NCBI GenBank assembly: GCA_040954595.2
Contig: CM082582.2
Coordinates: 1,054,001-1,118,000, forward strand
Source: Balanoglossus misakiensis
Lineage: Eukaryota > Animalia > Hemichordata
Reading direction: 5' to 3'
DNA: 64,000 nt
Of the stretch, positions 1-13,226 are shown in pieces. The notes under the pieces are model-generated. The model had not been told where the DNA came from, made no database searches, and was given only the letters and a program-made list of their open reading frames with translations. A program made the position numbers and the translations under genes. How positions within the stretch are numbered: the first letter of the stretch is position 1; the number at the start of each line of letters is the position of its first letter.

Positions 1-1536
1 TCTTTGCATATGTTTATCCCTGTCATGTTGCATTGGGCTTGTATCTATGGTAACCTAATTATCAGCAGTAAAGGCCACAACTATGAAACAGTTTTAATAT
101 CAAGCACTCTCTGAATTACATGGCCATTCTCACTGGTGTATATAGTGTAGTCACGTTGTATTTTACTACAACTGATGAAAGTCTCCTAAAAAACCAAATG
201 TGTCTTTACCCACTGTGCACAGAGTATTTGAATGATACTCAGTTGATGGTCATATAGTATAGCGCCCTCTGTGGTAGTATTTTGATTATGGAGGTGGGGT
301 TTAATCTTGTCTTTGCATATGTTTATCCCTGTCATGTTGCATTGGGCTTGTATCTATGGTAACCTAATTATCAGCAGTAAAGGCCACAACTATGAAACAG
401 TTTTAATATCAAGCACTCTCTGAATTACATGGCCATTCTCATTGGTGTATATAGTGTAGTCACGTTGTATTTTACTACAACTGATGAAAGTCTCCTAAAA
501 AACCAAATGTGTCTTTACCCACTGTGCACAGAGTATTTGAATGAGTAGTATTTGAATGATACTCAGTTGATGGTCATATAGTATAGCGCCCTCTGTGGTA
601 GTACTTTGATTATGGAGGTGGGGTTAAATCTTGTCTTTGCATATGTTTATCCCTGTCATGTTGCATTGGGCTTGTATCTATGGTAACCTAATTATCAGCA
701 GTAAAGGCCACAACTATGAAACAGTTTTAATATCAAGCACTCTCTGAATTACATGGCCATTCTCATTGGTGTATATAGTGTAGTCACGTTGTATTTTACT
801 ACAACTGATGAAAGTCTCCTAAAAAACCAAATGTGTCTTTACCCACTGTGCACAGAGTATTTGAATGATACTCAGTTGATGGTCATATAGTATAGCGCCC
901 TCTGTGGTAGTATTTTTATTATGGAGGTGGGGTTTAATCTTGTCTTTGCATATGTTTATCCCTGTCATGTTGCATTGGGCTTGTATCTATGGTAACCTAA
1001 TTATCAGCAGTAAAGGCCACAACTATGAAACAGTTTTAATATCAAGCACTCTCTGAATTACATGGCCATTCTCATTGGTGTATATAGTGTAGTCACGTTG
1101 TATTTTACTGCAACTGATGAAAGTCTCCTAAAAAAAACAAATAAGTCTTTACCCACTGTGCACAGAGTATTTGAATGATACTCAGTTGATGGTCATATAG
1201 TATAGCGCCCTCTGTGGTATGATTTTGATTATGGAGGTGGGGTTTAATCTTGTCTTTGCATATGTTTATCCCTGTCATGTTGCATTGGGCTTGTATCTAT
1301 GGTAACCTAATTATCAGCAGTAAAGGCCACAACTATGAAACAGTTTTAATATCAAGCACTCTCTGAATTACATGGCCATTCTCATTGGTGTATATAGTGT
1401 AGTCACGTTGTATTTTACTACAACTGATGAAAGTCTCCTAAAAAACCAAATGTGTGTTTACCCACTGTGCACAGAGTATTTGAATGATACTCAGTTGATG
1501 GTCATATAGTATAGCACCCTCTGTGGTAGTATTTTG
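1..1536. repeat. 309-bp tandem repeat (satellite), left part, about 5 units; continues off the window edge
   Basis: Unit TCTTTGCATATGTTTATCCC... restarts at 1, 310, 634, 943 and 1253 with near-identical sequence; unit 2 has a 15-bp internal duplication. Confidence 0.97.
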
Positions 1537-2676
1537 GTCTCTCAGATACTGTTCTCATGTGGTTTAAGTCATACCTTTCCAATCGTAGTCAGTGTGTACT
1601 TGTAAATTCCACCCAATCACCTTTCTATCAGCTCGACACTGGGGTACCATAGGGATCAGTTCTTGGTCCCATACTTTTCAATATGTACCCGTCTCCATTT
1701 GGTGAATTAGTTCAAAGTCATGGTTGTCTTTATAGTTTTTATGCAGATGACTCTTCACTTTATATGTCTTTTAGTAAAGACAACGCAGCAAGAACTGTTT
1801 CAAATTTTGAACTTTGTATATCCGATGTTAGGTTTTGGATGTCTGAAAACTTCTTGTGCTTATACGACGATAAGACTGAATTTGTTATTTTCTTTGGTAT
1901 TTCAGGTGATCTGTCTGCTAGAGGGATTTCAGAAATTCGTGTTGGCGATTCTCTGATTCCTGTCCATTGTCAGGCTAAGAGCCTTGGTGTGATCCTTGAC
2001 TCTTGTCTGACAATGAAGCCACATATTGGACAGATCTGCCGCTCTGCCACTTTTCATTTACGTCGCATTGCGCTTATCCGCAAATATTTATCTCATTCTG
2101 CTACAGAGCAATTAGTTCATGCATTCATTACTTCTCGAATTGATTCATGTAATTCACTTTTATTTGGGCTCCCGAAGTATTCAATCAACCGTATCCAACG
2201 CGTTCAGAATATTGCTGCTAGAATTGTTACTCATTCAAAAATCACCTGTCACATCACTCCAATTTTGTATCAGTTGCACTGGCTACCTGTTACACAGCGT
2301 ATTGTTTTTAAGATGTTAGTTCTCATTTTTAAATCCATTCATAAACTTGGTCCAATCTATCTTTCTAGCATGACTAATCTATATGTTCCGTGTTGCAATT
2401 TAAGGTCAGCTGATCAGTTCAAACTCTGCCTTGTTCGATCACGCACTAAGAGTTATGGTGATCGTGCTTTTACTGTTGCTGCTCCAATTCTTTGGAATAA
2501 TCTTCCACTCACCATTCGCCAGGCACCAGACTTATCTGTTTTTAAATCAAATGTTAAAACTTTACTTTTTAAATCTGTTTTTTAGCCATTTGTTGTATTG
2601 TACTTTTGCTTTAAGCGTCATTGATCACATTTTTGTGGATACTGACACTATACAAATAAATTATTATTATTATTAT
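1537..2676 (+). mobile_element. 5'-truncated non-LTR retrotransposon (L2/CR1-group LINE), RT C-terminal half plus 3' UTR and (TAT)n tail
   Basis: Frame from 1536 reads GLSDTVLMWFKSYLSNRSQCV...GVP*GSVLGPILF...YADD...KSLGVILDS...LHWLPVTQRIVFK; premature TAG at 1650 in the GVPQG motif; AATAAA then (TTA)n tail; TATTTTG duplicated at 1530-1536 and 2677-2683. Confidence 0.93.
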
Positions 2677-3450
2677 TATTTTGATTACAGAGGTGGGGTT
2701 TAATCTTGCCTTTGCATATGTTTATCCCTGTCCTGTTGCAGTGGGCTTGTATCTATGGTAACCTAATTATCAGCAGTAAAGGCCACAACTATGAAACAGT
2801 TTTAATATCAAGCACTCTCTGAATTACACGGCCATTCTCATTGGTGTATATAGTGTAGTCACGTTGTATTTTACTGCAACTGATGAAAGTCTCCTAAAAA
2901 AACAAATGTGTCTTTACCCACTGTGCACAGAGTATTTGAATGATACTCAGTTGATGGTCATATAGTATAGCGCCCTCTGCTGTAGTATTTTGATTATGGA
3001 GGTGGGGTTTAATCTTGTCTTTGCATATGTTTATCCCTGTCCTGTTGCATTGGGCTTGTATCTATGGTAACCTAATTATCAGCAGTAAAGGCCACAACTA
3101 TGATACAGTTTTAATATCAAGCACTCTCTGAATTACATGGCCATTCTCATTGGTGTATATAGTGTAGTCACGTTGTATTTTACTGCAACTGATGAAAGTC
3201 TCCTAAAAAAAACAAATGTGTATTTACCCACTGTGCACAGAGTTTTTGAATGATACTCAGTTGATGGTCATATAGTATAGCACCCTCTGTGGTATTATTT
3301 GGATTATAGGGGAAGGGGTAACCTACCTTTTCTATACATGTATATGGTTATCCCTCTTCTATTGCATTCCGCTTGTATCTATGGAAACCTAATTATCAGC
3401 AGTGAATGCCAAATTGTAAAACAGCAACATATTTATTATCAAACACTGTA
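2677..3450. repeat. 309-bp tandem repeat, right part (2 full units plus a diverged terminal unit)
   Basis: Repeat resumes at the exact point where the LINE interrupted it; units restart near 2709 and 3018 and decay after about 3300. Confidence 0.93.
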
Positions 3451-3572
3451 TGGAATTGAATATACACAATATGTTTTGTATGTTTGCTGGCTACATACAT
3501 ACATGCATAAATACGTACATACATATAATACACTCATACTCAAACACACAGCTAATGGACTCTTTTTTTCAT

Positions 3573-3646
3573 CATCCCCACCAGGAATCGAACCTGGATC
3601 TCTTATCACAAAGTGACAAGTGTGTTAACCATTACACCATGAGGAT
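3573..3646 (-). tRNA. tRNA-like cloverleaf resembling tRNA-Gln(TTG), with a non-canonical anticodon arm; probably a pseudo-tRNA or repeat-borne Pol III unit (copy 1)
   Basis: Minus strand ATCCTCA TG GTGT AATGGTTA ACAC A CTTGT CACTTTGTG ATAAG AGAT CCAGG TTCGATT CCTGG TGGGGAT G; A-box TGGTGTAATGG and B-box GGTTCGATTCC. Confidence 0.7.
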
Positions 3647-6095
3647 TTTTTATCTCCACTAACTGCCAACACACTGTCCAATTGCACATTCACTCACTGA
3701 CATATTCAACTAACACACCAGTTTCTTTATTTCAAAAAGTACACAGTAAAACATCACAAATGACAAGACAGGGGTATCAGGAATCACACAAATCATACTC
3801 AATGTTTTACTGAAGCCATTGCTGTAAGATTGCTGTAAGTAATGGCACTATTCAATGGTGTTAACACCACATAGCACAATGATGTACTGCACACATTCAA
3901 GTCACATACCTTTTTGAAGTATTAATAAACACTGATTCTATGAACTGTTAAAATTATTTTTTCTTACATCATCCCTGAATACCAAATTTCACACAAATTA
4001 GGCTAGTGCTTTCACATGTTAACACACAATGCATGGCACTGGACAATCATCCTATCCGATCTGAAACCTCAGTGTCACTTACCACAAAACTAAACACGTT
4101 ATCTACAAATGATTTACGAAACTAATTCGTACACGACACGATACACATTTGAGTGTGTTGATCTCTTAGTTTGTACATGATACTTTGCACTGATGTACAC
4201 CAACACTCACCTTGAGAACTCTTTGGTAGCCAAAACTGTCAAGAAAATAAACAAAACTTTTAAATTAAATCATTAAGTATAATTGTGTATTTAAACAAGT
4301 ACATCAAGATATACACTTGCCTGCATAACACACACCTCTCAATAGCCATAATGTATCAATGTCGAGATGACATCACTCCAAGTACAAGATAGCGAATGAT
4401 GATTTTTTTACAATAACCCCACTACTTAAACAGGACAACAAATTACAATGAATTCACTATCAACCTTGTGATATTCAGAAAATCAATTCTTGGTCACATA
4501 AATTGTCCTGTCCACAAAATGGTTTCATGGCATCAAAATATGTTAACAAGTCAACTCTACTTTTCATGCTCCAACCAGATTTCATTGTCTATGTTTTTAA
4601 CATGCCTGTCACGACTATAGAAAGCATACACACTAAACAGAGTGGTCACCAGCATAATTTGGCCAATTCTATGCTTGTCCTCACATTCTTACGAACAATT
4701 CAAATGTCAAATTATCTAGCAATGTTTCTGTTATGTACTCACACAGATTGTTCCATATTTGAAGCAAATAATTATCAAAAACAAATTGATTACCCTGATA
4801 TAAATTCCAATGAAAACCTTAAGGCTTTTGGTCATGTAAACATACAATATTAACAGAAAAAATAATGGAAAATACAATCCATTTTTACTACTGTTTATGT
4901 TTTGACAAATACATATAAGAGACATGGAAACTATTGAAGTACACATCCCAAAATAATATCCTACCACTGCTTGTACGTTTCATACACACGATACAAGACC
5001 GATCGCCCGAATTCAGCAGATTCGCTTGCCTAAAACCGTTTCTAAATAATCATATGTACCTGTATACACTCCAAAAATAAGCTTAATTTCAACTTGTATG
5101 GAATGAAATAGAAACTCCGATGTACCCAGCCTCTGATGTTTCTATTCCTTCAAGCAAACTTCACCATCTTAACATATATACAATTTGCCAAAACATGCAT
5201 ACAAACGACACCCTTTCAGTATATAACGACAACCGCCATATTGGATGTCGCTCGACACGAAAATAAAAAAGCCTGACAAAACTGCCATCGCCTCATACAC
5301 AATTAAAATCACACTACCATTGGATAAAACACAACTACATAACCAATACCATCAACTCTTACACGTTCAAACCACCGATTCTGTCATTTATACTCATTTA
5401 AAAATAACCACGAGAATATACACATATCCCACTAACCTATATTCAGCTGCTGAACAACAAGAGCACTTGATTCGTTTTCGGATGTGACTACGTGCAACAA
5501 CATACGCATCACCATCACATTCGCGTTGGGATTCAAGACAGTTTCAATATCTCAAGAAGCAATACAACGAGAAGACCTTCTCGGGATGTTATGCACATCC
5601 TGTTGGATATCGCCGCCAAATGTCCACAGATGATAAAACATGATACCAGAATGTTGTATTGGGGACAACCATCAAATGTTCCCGTGCCAGCGCCCTCTAT
5701 ATTCTAGAAACCCTGGTATATCTCAAGAAACATTACCATTTTTAATTATTTTTAAAAGCAAAAGTAAGTTGTCATTTTATTTGTACAATTATTTCTCTAT
5801 ATTAAACAAGTACACATAAACACTAAAACATGTTTTGCCATGTTAACATAAATTTATGACCATTTTAAAATACTATATAGCTTATATTTATTAAAGTACA
5901 AATTCAGATGTTTTTCATTTTTAACCATTTCCACAATCAAAATGAAAAAAAAATCGCATTAATAGTAGATTGGGTTATATTGGATATCATTATGTAAAAC
6001 TGAAGAGTCACTATGGCATGGAAACTACTGAGATATGTGGTAGAAAACCAAAATGCCCAACAAATATGCACAGTGTGTGTTGTGTGTTAGATAGG

Positions 6096-7372
6096 TACAT
6101 ACATACATACATACATACATACATACATACATACATACATACATACATACATACATACATACATACATACATACATACATACATACATACATACATACAT
6201 ACATACATACATACATACATACATACATACATACATACATACATACATACATACATACATACATACATACATACATACATACATACATACATACATACAT
6301 ACATACATACATACATACATACATACATACATACATACATACATACATACATACATACATACATACATACATACATACATACATACATACATACATACAT
6401 ACATACATACATACATACATACATACATACATACATACATACATACATACATACATACATACATACATACATACATACATACATACATACATACATACAT
6501 ACATACATACATACATACATACATACATACATACATACATACATACATACATACATACATACATACATACATACATACATACATACATACATACATACAT
6601 ACATACATACATACATACATACATACATACATACATACATACATACATACATACATACATACATACATACATACATACATACATACATACATACATACAT
6701 ACATACATACATACATACATACATACATACATACATACATACATACATACATACATACATACATACATACATACATACATACATACATACATACATACAT
6801 ACATACATACATACATACATACATACATACATACATACATACATACATACATACATACATACATACATACATACATACATACATACATACATACATACAT
6901 ACATACATACATACATACATACATACATACATACATACATACATACATACATACATACATACATACATACATACATACATACATACATACATACATACAT
7001 ACATACATACATACATACATACATACATACATACATACATACATACATACATACATACATACATACATACATACATACATACATACATACATACATACAT
7101 ACATACATACATACATACATACATACATACATACATACATACATACATACATACATACATACATACATACATACATACATACATACATACATACATACAT
7201 ACATACATACATACATACATACATACATACATACATACATACATACATACATACATACATACATACATACATACATACATACATACATACGTACGTACGT
7301 ACGTACGTACGTACGTACGTACGTACGTACGTACGTACATACATACGTACGTACGTACATACATACATACAT
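6096..7372. repeat. Very long (TACA)n microsatellite, switching to (TACG)n near 7290-7337
   Basis: Directly visible: about 300 perfect tetramers followed by a (CGTA)n block. Confidence 0.99.
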
Positions 7373-7405
7373 GGAAAACACACAGCAAATGGACTCCTTT
7401 TTTAT

Positions 7406-7479
7406 CATCCTCACCAGGAATCGAACCAGGATCTCTTATCACAAAGTGACAAGTGTGTTAACCATTACACCATGAGGAT
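7406..7479 (-). tRNA. tRNA-Gln-like cloverleaf, copy 2
   Basis: Same 74-nt structure as 3573-3646 with two substitutions (perfect acceptor stem ATCCTCA/TGAGGAT, one T-stem mismatch); about 40 bp on one side and 90 bp on the other are shared with copy 1. Confidence 0.7.
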
Positions 7480-7712
7480 TGTTTTATCTCCACTAACTGC
7501 CAACACACTGTCCAATTGCACATTCACTCACTGACATATTCAACACACCAGTTTTTTTATTTCAATAAAAATTCACAAATGCATGTGAGAAATAACAGAG
7601 AGTCAGAAATTGGCATCCACAGGAGTTACTGCATTGCTATATGGTATTATAGAGCAGCCAATGCAGTCTAACACTTTTATTAGCTTATTAAAGGCAGAAA
7701 GTCTCTTTGCTG

Positions 7713-7989
7713 CCCTTTTTTAATAATTATGTGTGATACAAGAGACTGTTAATGTGGATATATAGTGAATCAACGTTCGACCACACACAGCTTCCATCCC
7801 GTTTGTAGGATATGACAGTAAAAACTCGCCCAAAATGAATAAATGGTAAAGACCAATTATTCATTTTGGCAAGATTTTTCACTCTCGTGTCTACAAGCAG
7901 TGTGTGTTGTTGAATGTTGATTCACTATATATCCACATGTACATTAACATAAATGGTGTCTTGCATCAAACATAATTAATGGAAAAGGG
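7713..7989. mobile_element. Palindromic MITE-like element; half copies near 24357-24512 and 26676-26810
   Basis: Arms ATGTGGATATATAGTGAATCAAC / GTTGATTCACTATATATCCACAT; the left arm recurs in two gene introns. Confidence 0.7.
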
Positions 7990-9243
7990 TCCCTTTAATT
8001 TATATACTTATCAAATTGTAAGCTAACCAATATGGTTAGAAGTCTGATTTGCTTGGACGTGAACCAATATGATCTATCAAAATTTTCTGGTAAAAGTTTG
8101 AGTAACTATAACGTGTGCTTTCACCTTTTTTCATCATGTTGCTTGGGCCCTGACAATGCTGCTTTATAGCTACTACAGGATTAGATTACTTCCATTTGGC
8201 AGTAGCATATAAGTGTAATGGTGTAGAAAGTTTATCCTGTTTACTGAAAGAGGAATTGCAAGAGAAACCATGTGTTATAAAAAAAACTAGAAGATATTAA
8301 ATAGCCTTAGTAAACATTTCCCAGAAACATTTCAATGAACAGTTACCATAATGTACTTTACATTAGAGTCAGAGGTGACTAAAAGGCTAATATTGTCATT
8401 TGTGAAATGTACACAATTGTATTTATATTGTCGGTGAACTGTTTAGCTGTGTTGTCAGTTATGTTGAGCTTATTAGATTGGGTGATTGTCTTATTGGGTG
8501 AGTGGTGTCACTGTCTGTCACTTTTCTTTACTGAAACCAAGGGGCCAATTACTTTGAAATTTAGTATGCAGGTTCCTAGGGTGAAGTTGGTAGAGTTTAT
8601 GTAAATTGTGGTGAAATGTGTAATTTTTGATCAATTTTAATTGTGTTTAGTTAAATTCTTTGTACAATTACTTTGAAATTTAGTGTGTAGGTCCTTGGGG
8701 TTGATTTTACTGGAATTTGCTCAATTTGTGACAGAATGTGGAATATGTTATTTCGGAAGCAATTGCTTGTTTGGTCTTTTTTATTTCATAAACCAGATAC
8801 TGTGATTGTTTTTTCTGTTCTTTTTTGTATGTGTGTCTATTTTCACAATTGAAATAAATTAATATAAGGCTATATAAAATAAATTGGAGTTTTATGCTTT
8901 TTGTGTATGTATGAATGTATGTATGTGTGTAAGAAGATTGATATTGTTTGTATGGTTGATATCAGATATCATATGTCTTATAGTGAGAAAGAAACCACTA
9001 CACAATTCCTAGTAGTATTTGTGGTAATATATCTGTTTTGAGAATATAGCCCATTAGTATATTGTAGTCTTTGTACAACTTTTCTTCAAAATGTGTTATA
9101 TGAACAAATAAAATATGGCAAGAAGATGAATTGTTTCGAAGAATGAATCATAATAAACAGTAGAATTTGGTCAATTTTTGTTCAGGCATAAAGAAATAGC
9201 TTGTACATGAGCTTGCACGACGGTATTTGGTCAATACAGGGCG

Positions 9244-9375
9244 CATGCATGTATGTATGTATGTATGTATGTATGTATGTATGTATGTATGTATGTATGT
9301 ATGTATGTATGTATGTATGTATGTATCTATGTATGCATGCATGTATGTATGTATGTATGAATGTATGTATGTATG

Positions 9376-9409
<34 letters not shown>

Positions 9410-10255
9410 TGTATGTATGTATGTACCTATCTAACACACAACACACACTGTGTATATTTAATTCCACAATGCTTGATACTAAAACTGTCCACAAAAAAAC
9501 ATTTGTTTATAACCCCTAAGTGCTTGTCTTCCACACTTACCTTCTCTTGGCATTTTTTTCCACAGATGATGCAATACTGCTCGTCTCTTCATCCTGGTCT
9601 CTTGCGCTCCCCTTTTTACTCTCCCTGAATGCTGACAACACGTACCGTCTCATTGTTCAGTGGATATGCCTTGCTGTCATCTGCATCTGCTCCCTCAGTA
9701 CCCCCTTCTCCCTGGCACAATCATCCAAATACTATCGCAGAGGGCGCTATACTATATGACGATCAACACAATATCATTCAGATAATCTTTGCACAGTGGG
9801 TAAATTAAGCATTTGGTTTTTCACGAGACTTTCATCAGTTGTACTAAAATGAAATGTGTCTACACTATACAAATGACAATGGCCTTCTAATTCAGAGACG
9901 TTGGGAAGGACTAGTGAGCACATACAGCAAATCAGAAGGCCCAAAATGGCAAAGTTGCATGATTACTAATGGGAAACAAAGAATACACAGGGTATATTTA
10001 ATTCCACAGAGTGCTTGATACTAAAATTATTGCTGTTTTACAATTGTGGCATTTACTGCTGATAATAAGGTTACCATAGATACAATTGGAATGGAACCGG
10101 ACAGGGATAAACATATAAAGGCTAGGTTAACCCCCACCCCCTACCACAGAGGGCGCTATACCGATCATCAAGTCAGTACCATTGAAATAAATCTGTGCAG
10201 AGTGGGTAAATTAGGCATTTGGTTCTTCAGATTTTCATAAGTTGCACTAAAATGC
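9244..10255 (-). repeat. Inverted, diverged copy of the microsatellite plus 309-bp-unit module
   Basis: (TATG)n at about 9244-9424 is followed by CCTATCTAACACACAACACACACTGTG (reverse complement of 6069-6095); diverged reverse-complement 309-bp units near 9738-9900 and 9990-10255 contain AGAGGGCGCTATAC. Confidence 0.8.
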
Positions 10256-10613
10256 TATGTGGCCCACTACAAGGACAAATAAGTCAAAAATGGCAAATTT
10301 GATATTTACTTTGAGGTTGACATGGGGCAAAGGAGACAATACAAGAACACTGAAACTCAATTAGTGAAACACTAAAGTTGTACATGTACTTTATTTCTCT
10401 AACAAACTTAGAGAAAATTTACATGGCCATCTTTTTACTCAGAGAACTGATGTTGAAAAGAAAACAATGTTACATCATAAAATTGAAATCCTACATGTCA
10501 CTAATTTCTGATTTTCACAAATGTTCATAAAAAAAACCTGTTCTCTGCAAACCTTACCCCCCCCCCCCTCCTATTGTCGGTGCTTCTAATGTAACTCTCA
10601 ATTTTTCCCTAAG

Positions 10614-11145
10614 GTGTTAAAAGAACCAAATGGTGATGATATGGTAGAAGGGATATTTGAGGGAATAGACATAGATGAGTAAGTATTAACTGCAGTACTT
10701 GCTTCCACCAATTTCCTATCATTTTGTGTACATGTTCACGTCTCTGTGTCTTACCAATCACATTCTGTCCTTTTTATTTTTTTCTAGAAGTGGCATCTTC
10801 TGTGTCAGACGGCAAATACTTACAGTGTCCCACCTTATGCCAGACCTTGGGTACAGAGGAGGCCATATTAGAAAACCTGCCAATGCATGTACACTACTCT
10901 ATCAATCAAGAAATGCAACAGTCACAAAGATTGAGTAAGTTAACTAAACCAAAGCAATCTCCACCCTGCAACTTCCCCAGCACTTACTATCTGCATGCAA
11001 GTTGTGAACTTTTAATTTAGTATTCATTACAGAAACATTTCAGTCCTACAATTCACATGCATCTTATTTTCGTCAACACCAACTTATACAAAATATGATT
11101 TAACCATCTTGTTCTCATTTCTCTCCAATGTACAGAAAGCAGTAG
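10614..11145 (+). pseudogene. 3' exons of a small spliced gene of unknown product (10614-10678, 10788-10934, 11136-11145), possibly transposon cargo
   Basis: Canonical AG and GTAAGT sites with matching phase give VLKEPNGDDMVEGIFEGIDIDE-SGIFCV...ATVTKIE-KQ*; a further GTAAGT..AG intron at 11426-11519 and AATAAA at 11563. Confidence 0.45.
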
Positions 11146-11856
11146 CCTGGATGGATTTACAGAGAGAGAGGCTAGTACACGGCACTCATGTGGACATGCA
11201 CTACCACATATCATATCTCAACGGGACTTCGGTTGTCGCTGTAGTATTTAACCCAAGTTTAACTGTGACACCCACGTCCATACATGGCAAGGTTTTCTCT
11301 CCCAAAAGTTTCAGTTTGGCATCCCAGTTACCATCAGTTGCGCTTTCTCCATGCCTTCTAAGTTGAATGCGATTTACCATCACCGGATTCATACTGTGGT
11401 GCAAAGACAATTAAAAACATCGATTGTAAGTCATTTAGTAGTGATACCATTGTTACCAAACCTCGTTTTAAAATACATGTAATCTGTACTCGAAACTATC
11501 ATTTTTTCTTTCTTTCTAGAATATGACTTGTGAGCGAGTGCCGCGTTTAAATTGATACTGAGAATAAACACCGCTAATCGACGATAAAATCAACGTATTT
11601 TCAAATGCAAGTGAACGCATGGAGGCGGCCATATTGAATTTAGGTAACATCCCAAGACATTCCGACTGGGCTTCAGGTGGATTCGGGAAAGGTCTCTAAA
11701 ACATAATCGGTCATCCAGTTTTGTATACTAAATTTCTAAAAATGTAGGACATGGGAGGTTAACATACCCACAATGACTACACACAAAAAAGGGCCCAGGC
11801 GTTTCGGGGTGCGATTGTTACATACCTTAGCTCCATCATCTGCAACCAGCCAAGGC

Positions 11857-12081
11857 ATGGCTGTGAAATTGCGCGTCATGGAGGATGTCGAGATCCGGAA
11901 TTCCGCCAACGGGAAACTGTTTAGCGTGCCTTGTATGCAGCACGATGGCAACGTTCTGGAACTTAAATTCTGGAAAGAAAATCCGAAGTGGCTGAACAGA
12001 TTACAGAAGGGAGAATACGTACAGCTCCGCAACTTTTCCACTGGAAGAGATAATACCATTTGCCTCTATGATAGAGCAAAG
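11857..12081 (+). CDS. OB-fold-like (RPA/ssDNA-binding-like) exon or gene fragment
   Basis: MAVKLRVMEDVEIRNSANGKLFSVPCMQHDGNVLELKFWKENPKWLNRLQKGEYVQLRNFSTG...; the F-x-V...DG..LELKFW......L..G..V.L.NF pattern resembles OB folds by eye; good Kozak context GGCATGG. Confidence 0.5.
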
Positions 12082-12459
12082 GCCGGGGATGCCATTACGC
12101 CGTTAAACCTGAAATATAGATTGAGAGTGGATATTGCTTTACACAATTTTTGAACATTGAAGTAAAGTATTAGAATGATGGAGTCCGATAGAAAAAGTGA
12201 GTTGGTAATTTCGGCATCCGACTTCGTTATTAAAATGGAAAGATTTGCGATTTGAGATTCGGTTACCACTTGGAAGTTTGAAAGGAAATATTTCATTCAA
12301 GTACAGTGGCAACTACTGGATTATGGAGAATATTTGAAATGTTGATGAACGGAGACCTATTAGAATCAATGAAAACCTACCTTTATTGGTGTTACGGTTA
12401 CTACACCTGACAGACCGCTGGTCTGCGTCCGTTCGATTTTGAGCTCCTAGCTCTTGTGG

Positions 12460-13226
12460 AGACATGCGGAGGTACAGCGGGTTTATTGTTTTTTTGTAAA
12501 ACCATAGTTAAACTCCAAAAATCTTCTTCTCCAGAACGAGCGATGACTGAGTCGCAAGATTCGGGGAGTATGGTCACTACACTGATGTCTATCAAGTTTG
12601 CAAAGAGCATTGTGATTGGTCGAAGATTATGGCGGCCATATTGGATTTTGTAAAAAACAGAGAAAAATTGAAATTCCTTTTTCTAGTCCAAAAATTGATA
12701 GCATACAAATTCTTTTTATGGATATCAATCGTCATGTGACTAAAATATATAAAAAATTTTTGGCGATTTTTCACATGACCTTTGACCTAATTATCACGCG
12801 TTATTATTTCTGCATATCTAATTCCAGGCTAACCTATAGGGCTAGAGGTTTGGTTTTTGATGAATGTGGATTAGTGTGTGATCAAAATATTTTGCTACTT
12901 TTCATGACCCCTTTGACCTCTGCTGACCTCATTAATTATGCACATACCTAATTACAGGCGAACCAATAGAGCTAGAGTTTTGGTTTTTGTTGGACATGGC
13001 CCACTCTGGGGTCAAAAGTATGGGTAAAAAAAAATTGCCCATATGTTGGGTGACCTCAGGTGACCTTTGACCTACTTCACCCTATTTCAGCAGCAAAAAT
13101 ACACACATCCTTGTTATGTCATGAGATAATACATCCGATAGAAAATTCTGTTTCTTCTCATTCATACTGTGCATATATAATTCAAGATCAGCGCTTGGGC
13201 CCAACAATGCTGCTCGCAGCTTTAAT
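12460..13226 (+). mobile_element. 3' part of a Helentron-type (HINE/DINE-1-like) element, copy 1 (diverged subfamily)
   Basis: Similar to 19012-20608 (CTTCTTCTCCAGAAC...GGCGGCCATATTGGATTT); ends GCTTGGGCCC...GCTGCTCGCAGC TTTAATT (subTIR plus 3' stem-loop). Confidence 0.7.

Noticed and set aside
3573-3646. Canonical functional tRNA-Gln gene
   Set aside because: The anticodon arm is non-canonical and the unit is embedded in a repeated module, so it is reported only as tRNA-like.
5970-7475. Long ORFs (YIHT / MYVC repeats), also at 9148-9628
   Set aside because: Artefacts of stop-free tetranucleotide microsatellites.
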